From assembly GCA_000002445.1 (NCBI GenBank), contig CP000069.1:64001-128000 (forward strand): 64,000 bases of DNA, in the 5' to 3' direction. Origin of the DNA: Trypanosoma brucei (lineage: Eukaryota). Shown one piece after another: positions 1-11,100 of the stretch; within the stretch, counting starts at the first letter, position 1, and each line of letters starts with the position of its first letter. The position numbers and the translations under genes are program-made. The notes below the pieces were generated by a model that was not told where the DNA came from, searched no databases, and saw nothing but the letters and a program-made list of their open reading frames with translations.

Positions 1-422
1 TGCATTTATACGCAATAATGTGCACTTTGTGCCATTATACGCAATAATGTGCAAATTGTTTAATTATACGCAATTATGTGCATTTATACGCAATAATGTG
101 CCATTATACGCAATAATGTGCAATTTGTTTAATTATACGCAATTATGTGCATTTATATGCAATGTGTGCATTTATACGCAATAATGTGCATTTATACGCA
201 ATAATGTGCAATTTGTTTAATTATACGCAATTATGTGCATTTATACGCAATAATGTGCATTTATACGCAATAATGTGCACTTTGTGCCATTATACGCAAA
301 AATGCGCACTTTGTTTAATTATATGCAATAATGTGCAATTTGTGCAATTATACGCAATAACGTGCAATTTGTTTAATTATACGCAATAATGTGCAATTTG
401 TTTAATTATACGCAATAATGTT
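1..422. repeat. Imperfect tandem array of about 17 units, truncated at the window start. The core is about 19-20 nt (TTATACGCAATAATGTGCA). Some units carry a 9-10 nt insert (ATTTGTTTAA or CTTTGTGCCA), giving about 29 nt.
   Basis: Read directly from the sequence. The motif 'tacgca' recurs at spacings of 20 or 29 nt from position 9 to 408. The array stops at about 422. Confidence 0.9.
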
Positions 423-1001
423 CATTTTGTGTATGAAAATACAAAACAAGAAAAATAAGCGGGGCAACGTTGTAATGGAAGCTGTATCTTGCTGTCGAAG
501 ACTTAGAAATATATTTACCATAATGCGATGATGGCAACTCGTTTGGAGAGGGAAAAACAGTACGTAAGCTGGTTTCATTATAAAATTTATGAAGTTGATC
601 GGGGGATGAAGTATTAGAAGGTGCTTAGTTTTCTCCGCTCCCTTATCGATCGATATTTAGGAGTGAAGTCGCATTTTAATATGCTGCGGGTGGTCGAATA
701 ACCCCCCTCCGGTATAATAGCACTACTTGAAAGAAAATGATTTTTTTTTTTGGAATTTTCTTCGTGCCTTCGTGAGAGTTTCCCCCCACTGGCGCGGGCA
801 TCAGCCATCACCGTATAGCCCTGAGATGCTATCGGTCTGGCGACTGTGGCAGAGTCTCCCTTTTTTATTAGGCCTAACACACTCTCTATAATTTTTGTTG
901 TAGCTCCACAGTTAAACGGAATACAGCAGATGGGGCGAGAAGCCTCCCACCCTGGACTCTCCCAGAGATGTCAATTAGCAATCCTTTTGTTTTGATTTTT
1001 G

Positions 1002-2318
1002 TTATTCGTTTATTATTCTCTCTCCCTCTTTCTGTTTCTGTTGCTTGTTGACTGCATACCCCCTGTCTTTGAGGGTGTCTGGACTATTCCTGCGTCCGGT
1101 GCTTTTCCTGCTAGCTCCACACTCGGCAATAAGGGGGGAAGTTGTAGAAGGGAGAGTGGGTTGTATGACTGTTACATTAGGTGAGGACTTCACCTGCGGC
1201 CGGCTCCGTTCAACCGCAATGAGAAACTGCGCCAGACTTTTAGAGAAACATATATCCTGCACACACTCACCTTCCACCGCAAACCTGACACGTAACTCCT
1301 TCAAACCGGGACAGCTCATCAAGTGCAGCGACGTTTCTTCGCAGTCGCCGCGTTGGCTGGTAACAGCGCGCTCTACCTTCATACCGTGCATCTTCTTTTG
1401 ATGTAGGGTGAGGCCAGTTTTGCTAGCACACTGCCTTCCGCATGTCGGGCACACCAACATGGATGTGTTTGTATGCGGGGAATCAGTGGCACACAATTTT
1501 GTGCTTTTGCTGCATTCAAGCTCGACTCCCTCACCTTTTTGGAAAGCCTTACAATGTCGGATGAGGGAGTCCCTGCAACTGAGCACTTTTTGGCACACAC
1601 CACACTGCACCTCGCCTTTCCCCGGGACGTCAACGTTTCCCTCACGGGCACGCTTACGAGGGAATTGCACCACCACCACGGTACCGTCCTCCGTCACTAT
1701 GCTCTTATGTTTGAATTTCTTGTGTAGTGACAGGGAAGAGCGTGTACCGAAGCTCGCCTCACACAGGTCACATTGAAACGGCAGCTTCCGTGTATCCTGA
1801 GAGGCTGGCGCTGCTGGGGCTTTACCATCTCCTTGCACTGAGTCCTCGTTCTCTCGCCCCCTTTTCACGCGGCAACTACCGCTACCTATGCCATGTATTG
1901 TTCTAAGGTGGTGTAATAGTCGGCCTGGCACTGCGAATTTGGAGGCACAGAGGGTACAATGAAGCACCTGCGGTCTCATCGGGACTCGTGTGCTCGATGG
2001 TAGAGGAACGATCGCCACCACTGGAGGGGGCTCCGGGGGGATATCCACTGCAGGTGTTGCATCGCCGTATTTGATCCTCCGGAGGGCATCAGCTCGCACA
2101 AAGCCATGTTTGTTTACCATATGCGTTACAGCACTCGAGCGGCATTGGTATGTGGCATCACATTCCGTACATTTGGTCGGTTCGGAGGTTCTCTGAACAG
2201 TGCGTGTCGCAACAGTTGGGACTGTTTGTATTGTTGGTCCTATCGCTGCATGTTGCGGGTTACACCATCGGCACTGTGGAGGCACGCTACACGCGGGTTG
2301 ATCTTTCGCAACATCCAT
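1002..2318 (-). pseudogene. ingi C-terminal domain ORF with multiple C2H2-type zinc fingers. It is separated from the upstream RT/RNase H ORF by a frameshift in the 2240-2318 overlap. This copy is therefore probably non-autonomous or degenerate.
   Basis: C-x2-C...H-x3/4-H units are present, for example 'CTLCASKFAVPGRLLHHLRTIHG', 'FQCDLCEASFGTRSSLSLHKKFKH', 'CPTCGRQCASKTGLTLHQKKMHG' and 'CTECDATYQCRSSAVTHMVNKHG'. The ORF overlaps the upstream ORF in a different frame. Confidence 0.7.
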
Positions 2319-5300
2319 CCATAGTGTCTTGAAGACCCAACCCGAAAGCGTGCCAGTGCCGTTTCTTGTTCCCTCGTCAGTTCTTCTTTATGTTTTGTTG
2401 GAAAGTGGTTGCCCGTGATACCAAACCTATGAGTGTTCTCATGGACTTCTTCCGACCTAAGCACTCGCTTCGCATAAGCAATGATGTCGGGGATCCATGC
2501 GTCTCGCAACTGTGGTAAATCTGCGGCCTTTTTGGCCATTTCATCACAAACCTCATTCCGTTTCACGCCACAATGGCCAAACACAAATTGCAGTCGGATA
2601 CGCAACTTCCTTCTCTGAACGTGAAGCAGAAGCCTCCATAGTCGTCTCAGAATTGGGTCCGTTACGGCTAGGGGGCCTGTCTGCAGTGCTGTTAACATTG
2701 ACAGCGAGTCAGAGAAGATGGACAACCTGCTCGGTGTGCTTCTGTATGCCGGAAGCCATTTCAGCAGCCGTTGCAGTCCTATCTCTAATGCTACGCATTC
2801 CGCTCTGTAACCGCATGAGAGTCCCCCTTCTCCGGTCTTGGGTGCACAAATCAGCGTGTTGTTTCTATAGAGCAGGGCAGCTGCTCCGGACTTATCACCG
2901 AGGGACACGGATCCATCAGTCCACAATTCGTGGTGCTCTCGTCGCGGTGGCTCCTTCCCCCTCCGTGCAAAATGCCGTTCAATCCACTTTTCGGAAGCCT
3001 CCATTTTAACATCGTCGGGGTCATCAGCGCACACAGGCTTTATCTGCATGTGAAATATCGGTCGGCAGCTGTGGCGGAGCGTCGATGTCTCTAGTGGGTG
3101 CTCGTGTGGCTCAATGCGGAGGTGGGGATAGGACCGCATGATGCGGGAATGTAGGGCTCTGACTGGGTGTTTGCTGTGGTATACTTCTTCAGCACTGCGC
3201 CGCAAACATCCGCCTCGTGACTCACACATCAGCATGAATTTCATGCTGCGCACAAGAGTGGTCGTCTTGAGTGGCAGGAGGTTTGCTTCCAGCAGAGAGT
3301 CCTCTTTGCGCGTCCCATGCGGTATGCCAGCTATGATGCGACTGGCTTTGTGTTGTGCTGATGCAAGGAGGTCGCGACTTCGTTCCGAAGCGTCCCAGTA
3401 CCATACCTCAATGCCATACATGGTGTGTGCCTGTACGAGTGCTAGATAAAAAGCTCTCAGTACTTGTCGTCTTGGCCCCCATGTAGAAACTGAGATGGCT
3501 GCTATCTGCAGTAGTCGGAAGTCCATCTTGCGTCTCGTTTCGGTCGCATGTGTTGCCATCCCCTGCAGACACTGGAATGTTACTCCTAGAAGCTTTGGTG
3601 TCCTGTCAGCTCCTATTCTTTCGCTGTCCAGTTGCAATGTAAGGGGGTGGCGCTCTATACACCCGAAGAGTGTGCACTTTGTTTTCGCTACGTTGACAGA
3701 CATGAAGTACTCTTTTGACCACTGTAACACCACGTTTAGACCGCATTGTAGTGTGTGGTTGATGACATCCCTCTCTGTGTGCCTCGCAAGCATCGTCAGG
3801 TCGTCTGCAAAGAATCCGTGCTGCAGTAACGGCACTTCTGCAAGGCATTGGCTCAACGAGTTCATGACAATAATGAACATGATTGGGCCAAGGACAGTTC
3901 CTTGTGGCACTCCTCGCTCAAATGTTCTGCTTCTGGAGAGCTTCTCCTTGAATCTCACTCTGCCAGTTCGTTTACTCAGAAATGATACGCACCACTTCAC
4001 AATGTGGGGTGATACCTTCATTCTGTGCATTTCCCTCGCAATTTTGTCGTGGTCTACTGTATCAAATGCCTTCTCGTAGTCAACGAATACAGCGCCCGTA
4101 CGATATTGGTGCGTGGGACGGCAGAGGGCAGCGCGGACGTGCAGGAGTTGTTCGAGCGTTGAGCATCCGGGGCGAAAGCCTGATTGCTGCGGCGTCAGCT
4201 GGGACTCAACAGTGTCTCTAAGTCTCGCGGCAATTATGCGCTCCATGACTTTGCAGAGACAGCTTGTGAGCGTCACAGGCCTGTAAGAATCGAGGTCCTC
4301 CGCCTTTTTTCCGGCCTTCAGGATGGGGATGATAACACCAGTCTTCCATGCAGGCGGCACGACTCCCGTTCGTAGGCTCTCATTGAATAGCCTCAGAACA
4401 ACATTCAGCGCTGTTCTGCCGAGATGTTGCAGTGCCTCGTTGTATAAGCAATCAGGTCCGGCTGCGGATCCACTCGGTAGCAGCTTGATCGATCTCCGTA
4501 GTTCAGCCATCGTGATGGGACTGAACTCACTCGCTATCGTCTTTATGGGTGCCGGTGGGTGTGAGTCGGGGTGCCTTCTTGCGCGGGACGAGTACAGTTT
4601 AATGAACCTCTCAGCTTGACGGCAGTCCGTGATGGCCGCGTTATCAACAAGTACGGCCGGTGTGGTTAGTGGTCGTGGCGCATATACCTTCTTGACAATG
4701 TGCCAACTGCAGCGGTCTGACACCGCAAGTCTGGAGCATAGCGTGCTCCATTTCTTCTTTGTGGTACGGTCCAGGATCTGCTTACGCGTGGCTACCAACT
4801 TTTCCCTTCGGTGGGAGGGTCCGCATCCAGCGATCTCTTCATCGAGTTTCGCGAGCGCAGGTGTCCAATGTGGTGGCGTTGCTCTGCAGCCACGGGGGAC
4901 GGAGACCTTCGTCGCAATGCGGATGGCGGGGCTCAATTTCTGTTCCAGGGTGTTGACGTTCTTCTCTCTACCAATTTTCCTGCAGAACTCGTCAACCTTG
5001 AGACGGAAATTCCTCCAGTCAGCTTTTAGCCATGCGTACATGGGCTTTCGAAGCCGCAGGCAACTCAGTGCACCTGTGGCCTCTCCAACGATAACGTCGA
5101 AAAATATGTGATGGTGATCGCTATTGGGAGAATACAGCGATGTCCACGTGTACACTGTGCAATTCCTTGACAGTGTCACATCAGGGGTGGACTCCCCGAG
5201 GTGGCGCGCGTACCTGGTGCACTCACCAGTGTTACATACCAGAAACTGGTTGTCAATGCACCACTGTGTGAGGGTTTCACCCTTGGTATTTGGTGGGCTC

Positions 5301-5725
5301 GCGCGATCCCATGCCAACGCGTGTGCGTTAGCGTCTGCACCGATGAGCTGGGCACCGTCAGTCGTCAGAAGCGTATCTAGGTCACTTGTCGTGAAGGTGT
5401 GTTTTGGTGGGATGTATGCCGACGTGACAGTCAGCGCCGTTCCACGTGCAAGATGAATTGTTGCATGCGCTTGTTCAATTCCCCCAACAACGGCCATACC
5501 GGTATCGACTGGTAGGTCCTCCCTCACTAGTATTGATACACCACCTCCTTTGCAGTTACGAGCTATTCCGTGAGGTTGGTAGCCAGCAACGCTAAAGCAA
5601 GCCGCCTCTCCAGGCGTCATCCTTGTCTCGCTCAACAGACAAAAGGCGATCCGCTCATCAACAAGGGTTTTGTGGAGTGCTAATCTCTTTCCTTGAGATA
5701 GCCCGGCGCAGTTCCACTGCTCCAC
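2240..5725 (-). CDS. ingi polyprotein, N-terminal and central part: apurinic/apyrimidinic-type endonuclease, reverse transcriptase, RNase H. The listed 5725 start is a GTG. The reading frame is open further upstream, or the true N-terminus lies in another frame.
   Basis: In the translation, the N-terminal 200 aa have an exo-endo-phosphatase-like pattern. RT motifs are present: 'GVPQGTVLGPIMF' and 'FFADDLTMLA'. An RNase H motif is present: 'LWTDGSVSLGDKSGAAALL...ECVALEIGL'. Confidence 0.8.
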   Translation of the reverse strand: MEQWNCAGLSQGKRLALHKTLVDERIAFCLLSETRMTPGEAACFSVAGYQPHGIARNCKGGGVSILVREDLPVDTGMAVVGGIEQAHATIHLARGTALTVTSAYIPPKHTFTTSDLDTLLTTDGAQLIGADANAHALAWDRASPPNTKGETLTQWCIDNQFLVCNTGECTRYARHLGESTPDVTLSRNCTVYTWTSLYSPNSDHHHIFFDVIVGEATGALSCLRLRKPMYAWLKADWRNFRLKVDEFCRKIGREKNVNTLEQKLSPAIRIATKVSVPRGCRATPPHWTPALAKLDEEIAGCGPSHRREKLVATRKQILDRTTKKKWSTLCSRLAVSDRCSWHIVKKVYAPRPLTTPAVLVDNAAITDCRQAERFIKLYSSRARRHPDSHPPAPIKTIASEFSPITMAELRRSIKLLPSGSAAGPDCLYNEALQHLGRTALNVVLRLFNESLRTGVVPPAWKTGVIIPILKAGKKAEDLDSYRPVTLTSCLCKVMERIIAARLRDTVESQLTPQQSGFRPGCSTLEQLLHVRAALCRPTHQYRTGAVFVDYEKAFDTVDHDKIAREMHRMKVSPHIVKWCVSFLSKRTGRVRFKEKLSRSRTFERGVPQGTVLGPIMFIIVMNSLSQCLAEVPLLQHGFFADDLTMLARHTERDVINHTLQCGLNVVLQWSKEYFMSVNVAKTKCTLFGCIERHPLTLQLDSERIGADRTPKLLGVTFQCLQGMATHATETRRKMDFRLLQIAAISVSTWGPRRQVLRAFYLALVQAHTMYGIEVWYWDASERSRDLLASAQHKASRIIAGIPHGTRKEDSLLEANLLPLKTTTLVRSMKFMLMCESRGGCLRRSAEEVYHSKHPVRALHSRIMRSYPHLRIEPHEHPLETSTLRHSCRPIFHMQIKPVCADDPDDVKMEASEKWIERHFARRGKEPPRREHHELWTDGSVSLGDKSGAAALLYRNNTLICAPKTGEGGLSCGYRAECVALEIGLQRLLKWLPAYRSTPSRLSIFSDSLSMLTALQTGPLAVTDPILRRLWRLLLHVQRRKLRIRLQFVFGHCGVKRNEVCDEMAKKAADLPQLRDAWIPDIIAYAKRVLRSEEVHENTHRFGITGNHFPTKHKEELTREQETALARFRVGSSRHYGWMLRKINPRVACLHSADGVTRNMQR

Positions 5726-6551
5726 GTACGGTTTTGCACTTTTGCAACACTCATTTGTGGCAGCTTTTCCGCAAGCAGGGGGAACTCACCACACTGCCAT
5801 GGAAGCAAGATTCTCATTTCCTCACTGGTACACTCCCATCTTCCATTATTTTACCACTGCGACGTCCGGAGACGCGTTCAGGGCCCTTCGGAAAGCAGTT
5901 TCGCGTAGGAGCGACTTGCGCATCCAAGGAAAACACTAGCATGAGGATTGTGCCCCCCGCCCCCAGCCCCTTCGTATTCTTGCGCCCTTCAAGTCCCATC
6001 CGCCACTGAGCACCATGGTTGCTGTGCTTGGGGCTCCGTCCGACATTTCCCACAAGAAGCAGGAGACAGCTGCCTTTCACCCAAGTGCGCTGCCACGGCC
6101 TCCCGCGCCGTCTCGGTTACTTTCCTCATCCCAAGAGTCAGGCAATTCGCAGCACTTTCCGCCCATTCATCAACAGCCCTCCACCAACGTCCTTCAAGTT
6201 TCCCTAAAGAAGGCGCTGGCGCGTAACTTGCTGCACGCACGGATGGCGGCCGTGTGCCAACGCCGCGATGAGGCTTCCGGTGCAACCGAGAGGCGCGGCC
6301 GAAAGTGGGAGCGAGAGCTCTCCCAACTATTTGGGAGGTGGAGTCTCGCCAACGATACTTTGGGTTATCTTTCTCCTGTGGGAATTACTGTCGGAAATGA
6401 CGCCAGCTGCGTCGGCTCGATCGTTCCCCTCAGGACGTTTCATATTCAGAGGAAAACGAACCATGCATCGTTTACGTTGCGCATACGGACGATATGGCCC
6501 TCCGGGCTGTCTGAATCGACCAACGTCGCAAGTGATGCTCGCGAAGTGCGC

Positions 6552-6564
6552 GGGGGGGGGGGGG
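6552..6564. repeat. G13 homopolymer, followed by C6, in the ingi 5' flank.
   Basis: Read directly from the sequence: 'cgcggggggggggggtgccatcccccc'. Confidence 0.8.
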
Positions 6565-8195
6565 TGCCATCCCCCCTTTGGATGTACGATGGAAAGAAAA
6601 AAACCATTTAAGTGTCCGGGTTCCTTCACTTACATGGATGCCGAAAAAACGGTCGATGGGATTCTCCACTTTGCAGATGCCTTTCCCATGAGTGGTGGCT
6701 GCTTATCCCTGAAAAGTGATGCTGGAATACAGTTGCAAACGCCATCGCTGGAGGGAGGTGGTTGCAACTATGGGAAGGAATGTGCCCACCCTTCTCTACC
6801 AACTCGGGCGCATCAGCTAATGTCAACAGCGGGGGAAAAATCTCGGGTTGCTTGCCAGAGGTCTTCTTTTGCGTAGTGGTCCGTGCCTGCGCTTCCCCGT
6901 GAGCACTGCCACTGCACCGACACGGCGATTGTCTCAGCTCCCTCGTTCCGCCTGAGGAGTGTGTGCCACGGCAAAAGCTCACCCCATGCATTTTTGAACT
7001 TTGGGCCCACACACAAAATTGAGGTGGCTTGTAAGGCTGGTTCCCCTTGGTCGCTATTCGCGTGACGGCTTAAAATCCACTAATTATGGCTGTGGTTTCC
7101 GGCAAGCATGAACCAAGCGACTGCCTTGCCACAGTCTTGAAGTTGCAACAACTGCGACAGCTCATTGCACAGCACCTGCTCATGGTAATTGACGGGAAAT
7201 AAATGCGTTGCAACCCGTAAACGTCTTTTCCAACCGTTGTTTCGCTTCTTTGAAACAATTCCCCCTTCACGCGCTCCACTGCAAGTAGCGGGTGCGCTCG
7301 CACCGTGAATCTTTTGGTTGATCGTCCCGAAACACGAAGGGAGCAAAGCCCTTCCCCCCTTCAGGGGAAAGCGAAGCGGCATTTCCAAAAAGTCTAGTTG
7401 CAACTTTCCTTTTGTGTGCAACTAATTCAAAAATGACAGGATGCCATAGTTACCGTGGGGTGGAAACCACAAGAGGTATCATACTCATGCAGGTGAACAG
7501 CTGCGCTGTTACGGTTAATGGCACATCAGCGAAACCGAGGGCAAGATACACAATGCGTGCCTACAAACCCAGAGGTTTCCGTCCACCAGGAAGAGCTGCA
7601 TCGCATTGCTGTAGTTAGACAGCATATATGTTAATTAGTGTTGAATTAACGGGCAAACTAGCGGCAACATTTGCGCACCAAAGGTAGCGAGAAAAAACAA
7701 AAAGCTAGAAGTAAGAATAAAAGCGTAAAGAGACTTAACGCCATGTGCATGCAAAAAAACTTTCCCCATCCAAGTAGGCGTACCATAGCTGAAAAAACAA
7801 AAACAACGCCACCTGCGATATGTCAATAAACTATTTTTTCTGTTCCGTTGACAGGGTGGTGGTGGAGATTGCGCGTCATTTTGCATCCCTTTGCAAAAAA
7901 AACAACAACGAACAAACAAAAGCAAAGAGAAACAGATTGAGGTTTACTGTAACCGTTCCCTTTCAGTGTTCACAAACACTAAAAATCCGTTTAACGATGG
8001 TATGAGGATAATCAGATATCTTAGAGAGTCATTTTCAACGAGCAAAAGAATAAAAACACCAAATAACAACAAATTGGCTGTTGTGCTTTCTAAAGGTGGT
8101 AAGTGTTGGCCGATACACTTCATTCTACGCATATAACACACGGCCTCAACTGCGAAGACGCAGTTTTGTTGCTGAGGAAGAAGGCTTCGCGTTTT

Positions 8196-11100
8196 TTATG
8201 CCTCATGTTCCGCAAAGTGGTTTGCAATAATAATCAGCGACGCGCTCCTCAGCGTGCTGACTGACCGTTCGGTGCCACTGGATGCGCAGAGATCTACCAC
8301 ACGTCCAACTTTAACCGCGATGCGGCATATGATTTCCTCACAGCATTTATCGTCCCACTTGTCTTTCGCTCCAGCAGGAAACGGCACATGCCAACGCTCA
8401 CACAAGGGAACGAGCAACTTCCGCCGTTGTGCTGCGGCGAATGTGCCCAGAAGAGCTTGTAGAGAACTGGCGATCATCAGCGAAGACCCATTCATTCCTC
8501 CGCGAACGGAGCTTACATCGCTGGCTGTTGCGGAGGAACAATCTGACTTGTCGAAGTACTCGCGGTCTAATTGCAGTGCGGTGAAGACACGACCAGGCAC
8601 GGCATTCAACTGGTACATTTCCACAGGTTTCGGCACACCACGAAGTGTAACAGCACCAAGTGCAGTGACATCAATTTGCTCACGCTCCTCAGCTGACAGT
8701 GACAGGTATGTTGAGCGCGTCATCAGCACCTGACCACCATTTGCCACACTCTCTGTCCTTGCTGCCATGTTTGGAGTCCGCCCATAGTAGTCATATCCCT
8801 TCGTCACTTCATCGTGTCGGATATCGCACAACCCGGTGTGGATTCCAACACGTACACGCAGGCCATTCCACAAACGACTGTACACTTCAGGATCCAACCG
8901 TGCAGTTGGCGGTGTGTACTCACATTCTCCCTCCGTGCATTGCTCCTCAAACTCACGGTAGGAATCATCAATCGCATTTGTTCCCCAGTCATGATGCAAG
9001 AAACACAGCTGTAATTCCTGTGCGAGTTGGACGGCAGCGAAAGGACTCTTACTCGCTATCATGAACGAATCCCCAACAGTTTTGACTTCGTAGCAGTCAT
9101 ACCTCGCAATCAGTGAACGAATCATACGATGATGCGCGGCGACGGCATCAGGCATCAGCTCAGGGTGTGCAGCCCACAACGCAGTGCTGCTCTCAATGTC
9201 AGTAAATATTAGTGTCACGGGGTCAGTTGGCTCTCTAGGTGCACGGTTGTTGTTACGACTTAGGCGCAACAAATACAACATCGTTGCTACCAATGCCGCA
9301 ACGACCGCCAGAGCGATGAGAGCGCCAGCGATAAGGCCTGCAAGTTCGGCGTTCGTGAGTTGGCCTTCTTGAGGATTAAGGTATTTTATCGACGGTGTCA
9401 CTGGCGAGGTAAGTGGCAACACTGAGGCGTCTAACGCCCGAGCCGCGGACCACAGGGAAATGCGCGTCGCGCCGTAGTTAACTATACAGCTTTCCGCGTC
9501 ACTGGCATCCCCACCGAGGGGCTCGGCGCAGGTATCACTGGCAAAGGGGCCATACCGCATATCGTCAACGGCAATGACCGATTGTGCAAAGATGGTCTCG
9601 GTCAGAGTCTTCGGGGTCACCTTTTCCGTGAATTGAAGGACAGTCCTCGTGAACCTTGCGGTAGCGAACCCAAGCAACCTCAGTGGCGTCCAAACGGAAG
9701 GAGCACGTAGCGCAGCGTGGAACCTTCGTACGGTCTCTGATGTTGTGTTGACGTCTGCCCAGTGGGGCAGACTCGTGGGGAAGAGAAGGCGGTAAGCGCT
9801 CGGGCTGCCATTAAATGTGCGCGCGATACCACTGTACATCAAGGCCATGTCAAAGAACGGCACGAATACATACACATCAGGGTTAGCATCAAGGTGATCT
9901 TTAAGCTCTCCGACATCAGCGACGTTGATTCCGATGACAATGGCATATCCGTCTTTCGGAAGCTTCTCTTTCAATGCCGCAACCTTGTCTAACGTAGCAA
10001 ATGAGTCCAGCGAGGTGCCGGTGGCCAAAAACGTTCTTCGAATTGCGTCCTCGACTCCCTGCGCGTTCCTGCCACGAAATAAAACGGACGCTCTTCCAGA
10101 CGCTTTGCGCACCAGATACCCCGAAATCACAAATAACTGCTGTTCCAGCGTTGGTGACAGGTAGATCACATTGCTTCCGTTATGGCGAAGTTCCGGATTT
10201 AGCGTTATAGGGTCAATAAATACGACATCCGCCGTCGCAAGCATTTCTTCACTCACTGCGCCAAATAGAGCCGTAACAACCTTAGTGTCCAACTCGTGCA
10301 TCAGTGCTGAAGATGCAGCGCTTGACGCCGAAGCTCTACCCTGTAAAAACAAGCGGTCGGATTGACCAAACGTTCCATCGCCAGTAAGGACACTAACGCC
10401 ACCGTATATCTCCCCATTGGCTCTTAGTGCAGCCGGGTTATCCCACAAAAGAAATATCAAACCATTCACGGGAGACTCCACTCTCATGCCATCGTAGTAA
10501 CAACTAGACGGATTGAATACAGTTAACCCGTTGCGAATGTCGACCAATGCGTAATCGCTTGATAGAGAGTTCAGGTAAACCACGTTCCCCCCCTGGTTGC
10601 AGTTGCAGGCCGCTCCGTAATCAGCTGCCGCTGACCCGCATTCCCCACCGAAGTCACCAATCACAAGGTCGTTAATGACGTACCGGCGTTGCCTGTAAAG
10701 CGATTCCATGTATTCCTTCCTGCTACTAAGAAACTCGCGATTCGCTAGGGATTGGGACAACACCTCACCAACGATCCACCCGTACATCACTGGCTCTCCG
10801 TCTACACCGTAGAGATCTGTGATATTCAAAGAACTGTACTGGCCCGAGTTGGTGTGGTCGTTTAAGTACGACTCCACATCACTTCGGCAACGACGAACAG
10901 CGGCGTATTCAGTGCTGGTCGGCCTGGGGACGACTCCTGTTAATATCACTTGGTCGGTCTTCAACGTGACGTTGAGAGCATCAGCTGCCCACCGCCACGC
11001 ACTTTCGATTTCAGCCTCATGCGGTAAAGTGGAAAGGAAATGCGCATCCCGTGTGCGGTTATCAACAATCATATTCTTTATGAACTTTGCTGTATCTTCT

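Larger units (their letters stand above)
739..6000 (-). mobile_element. ingi-type non-LTR (LINE-like) retroposon, about 5.2 kb. Its poly(A) tail appears as a T-run at 739-750 on the plus strand. The 5' boundary is approximate.
   Basis: A long minus-strand ORF encodes, in order, an APE-like endonuclease domain, an RT domain (PQG and FADD motifs) and an RNase H domain (TDGS motif). It is followed by a C-terminal C2H2 zinc-finger ORF. About 260 nt downstream of the ORF stop (1002) is a T11 run at 739-750, which is a minus-strand poly(A) tail. The total length fits the 5.2-kb ingi architecture, which I know as two RIME halves flanking a 4.7-kb core. I set the 5' end by length only. Confidence 0.8.

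Noticed and set aside
147-389. 80-aa ORF spanning the 20/29-nt tandem array.
   Set aside because: It is a periodic translation of a tandem repeat (MHLYA...CAFIRNN repeated), not a gene.
6015-6876. Overlapping roughly 200-aa ORFs (6015-6611 plus and 6268-6876 plus) between the ingi 5' end and GRESAG4 copy 1.
   Set aside because: They overlap each other in different frames and span homopolymer runs. They are Pro/Gly/Arg/Ser-rich with no motifs. They are most likely chance ORFs in GC-rich 3'-flank sequence.
8699-9064. Antisense ORFs of 60-120 aa inside the GRESAG4 catalytic regions. They recur in every copy: 8699-9064 and 8254-8733 plus, 24565-24930 minus, 57890-58081 plus, 62597-62788 plus, and others.
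   Set aside because: They lie opposite a strongly conserved sense coding region. Their 'conservation' between copies is a by-product of the cyclase sequence conservation. They have no independent start context or domain features.
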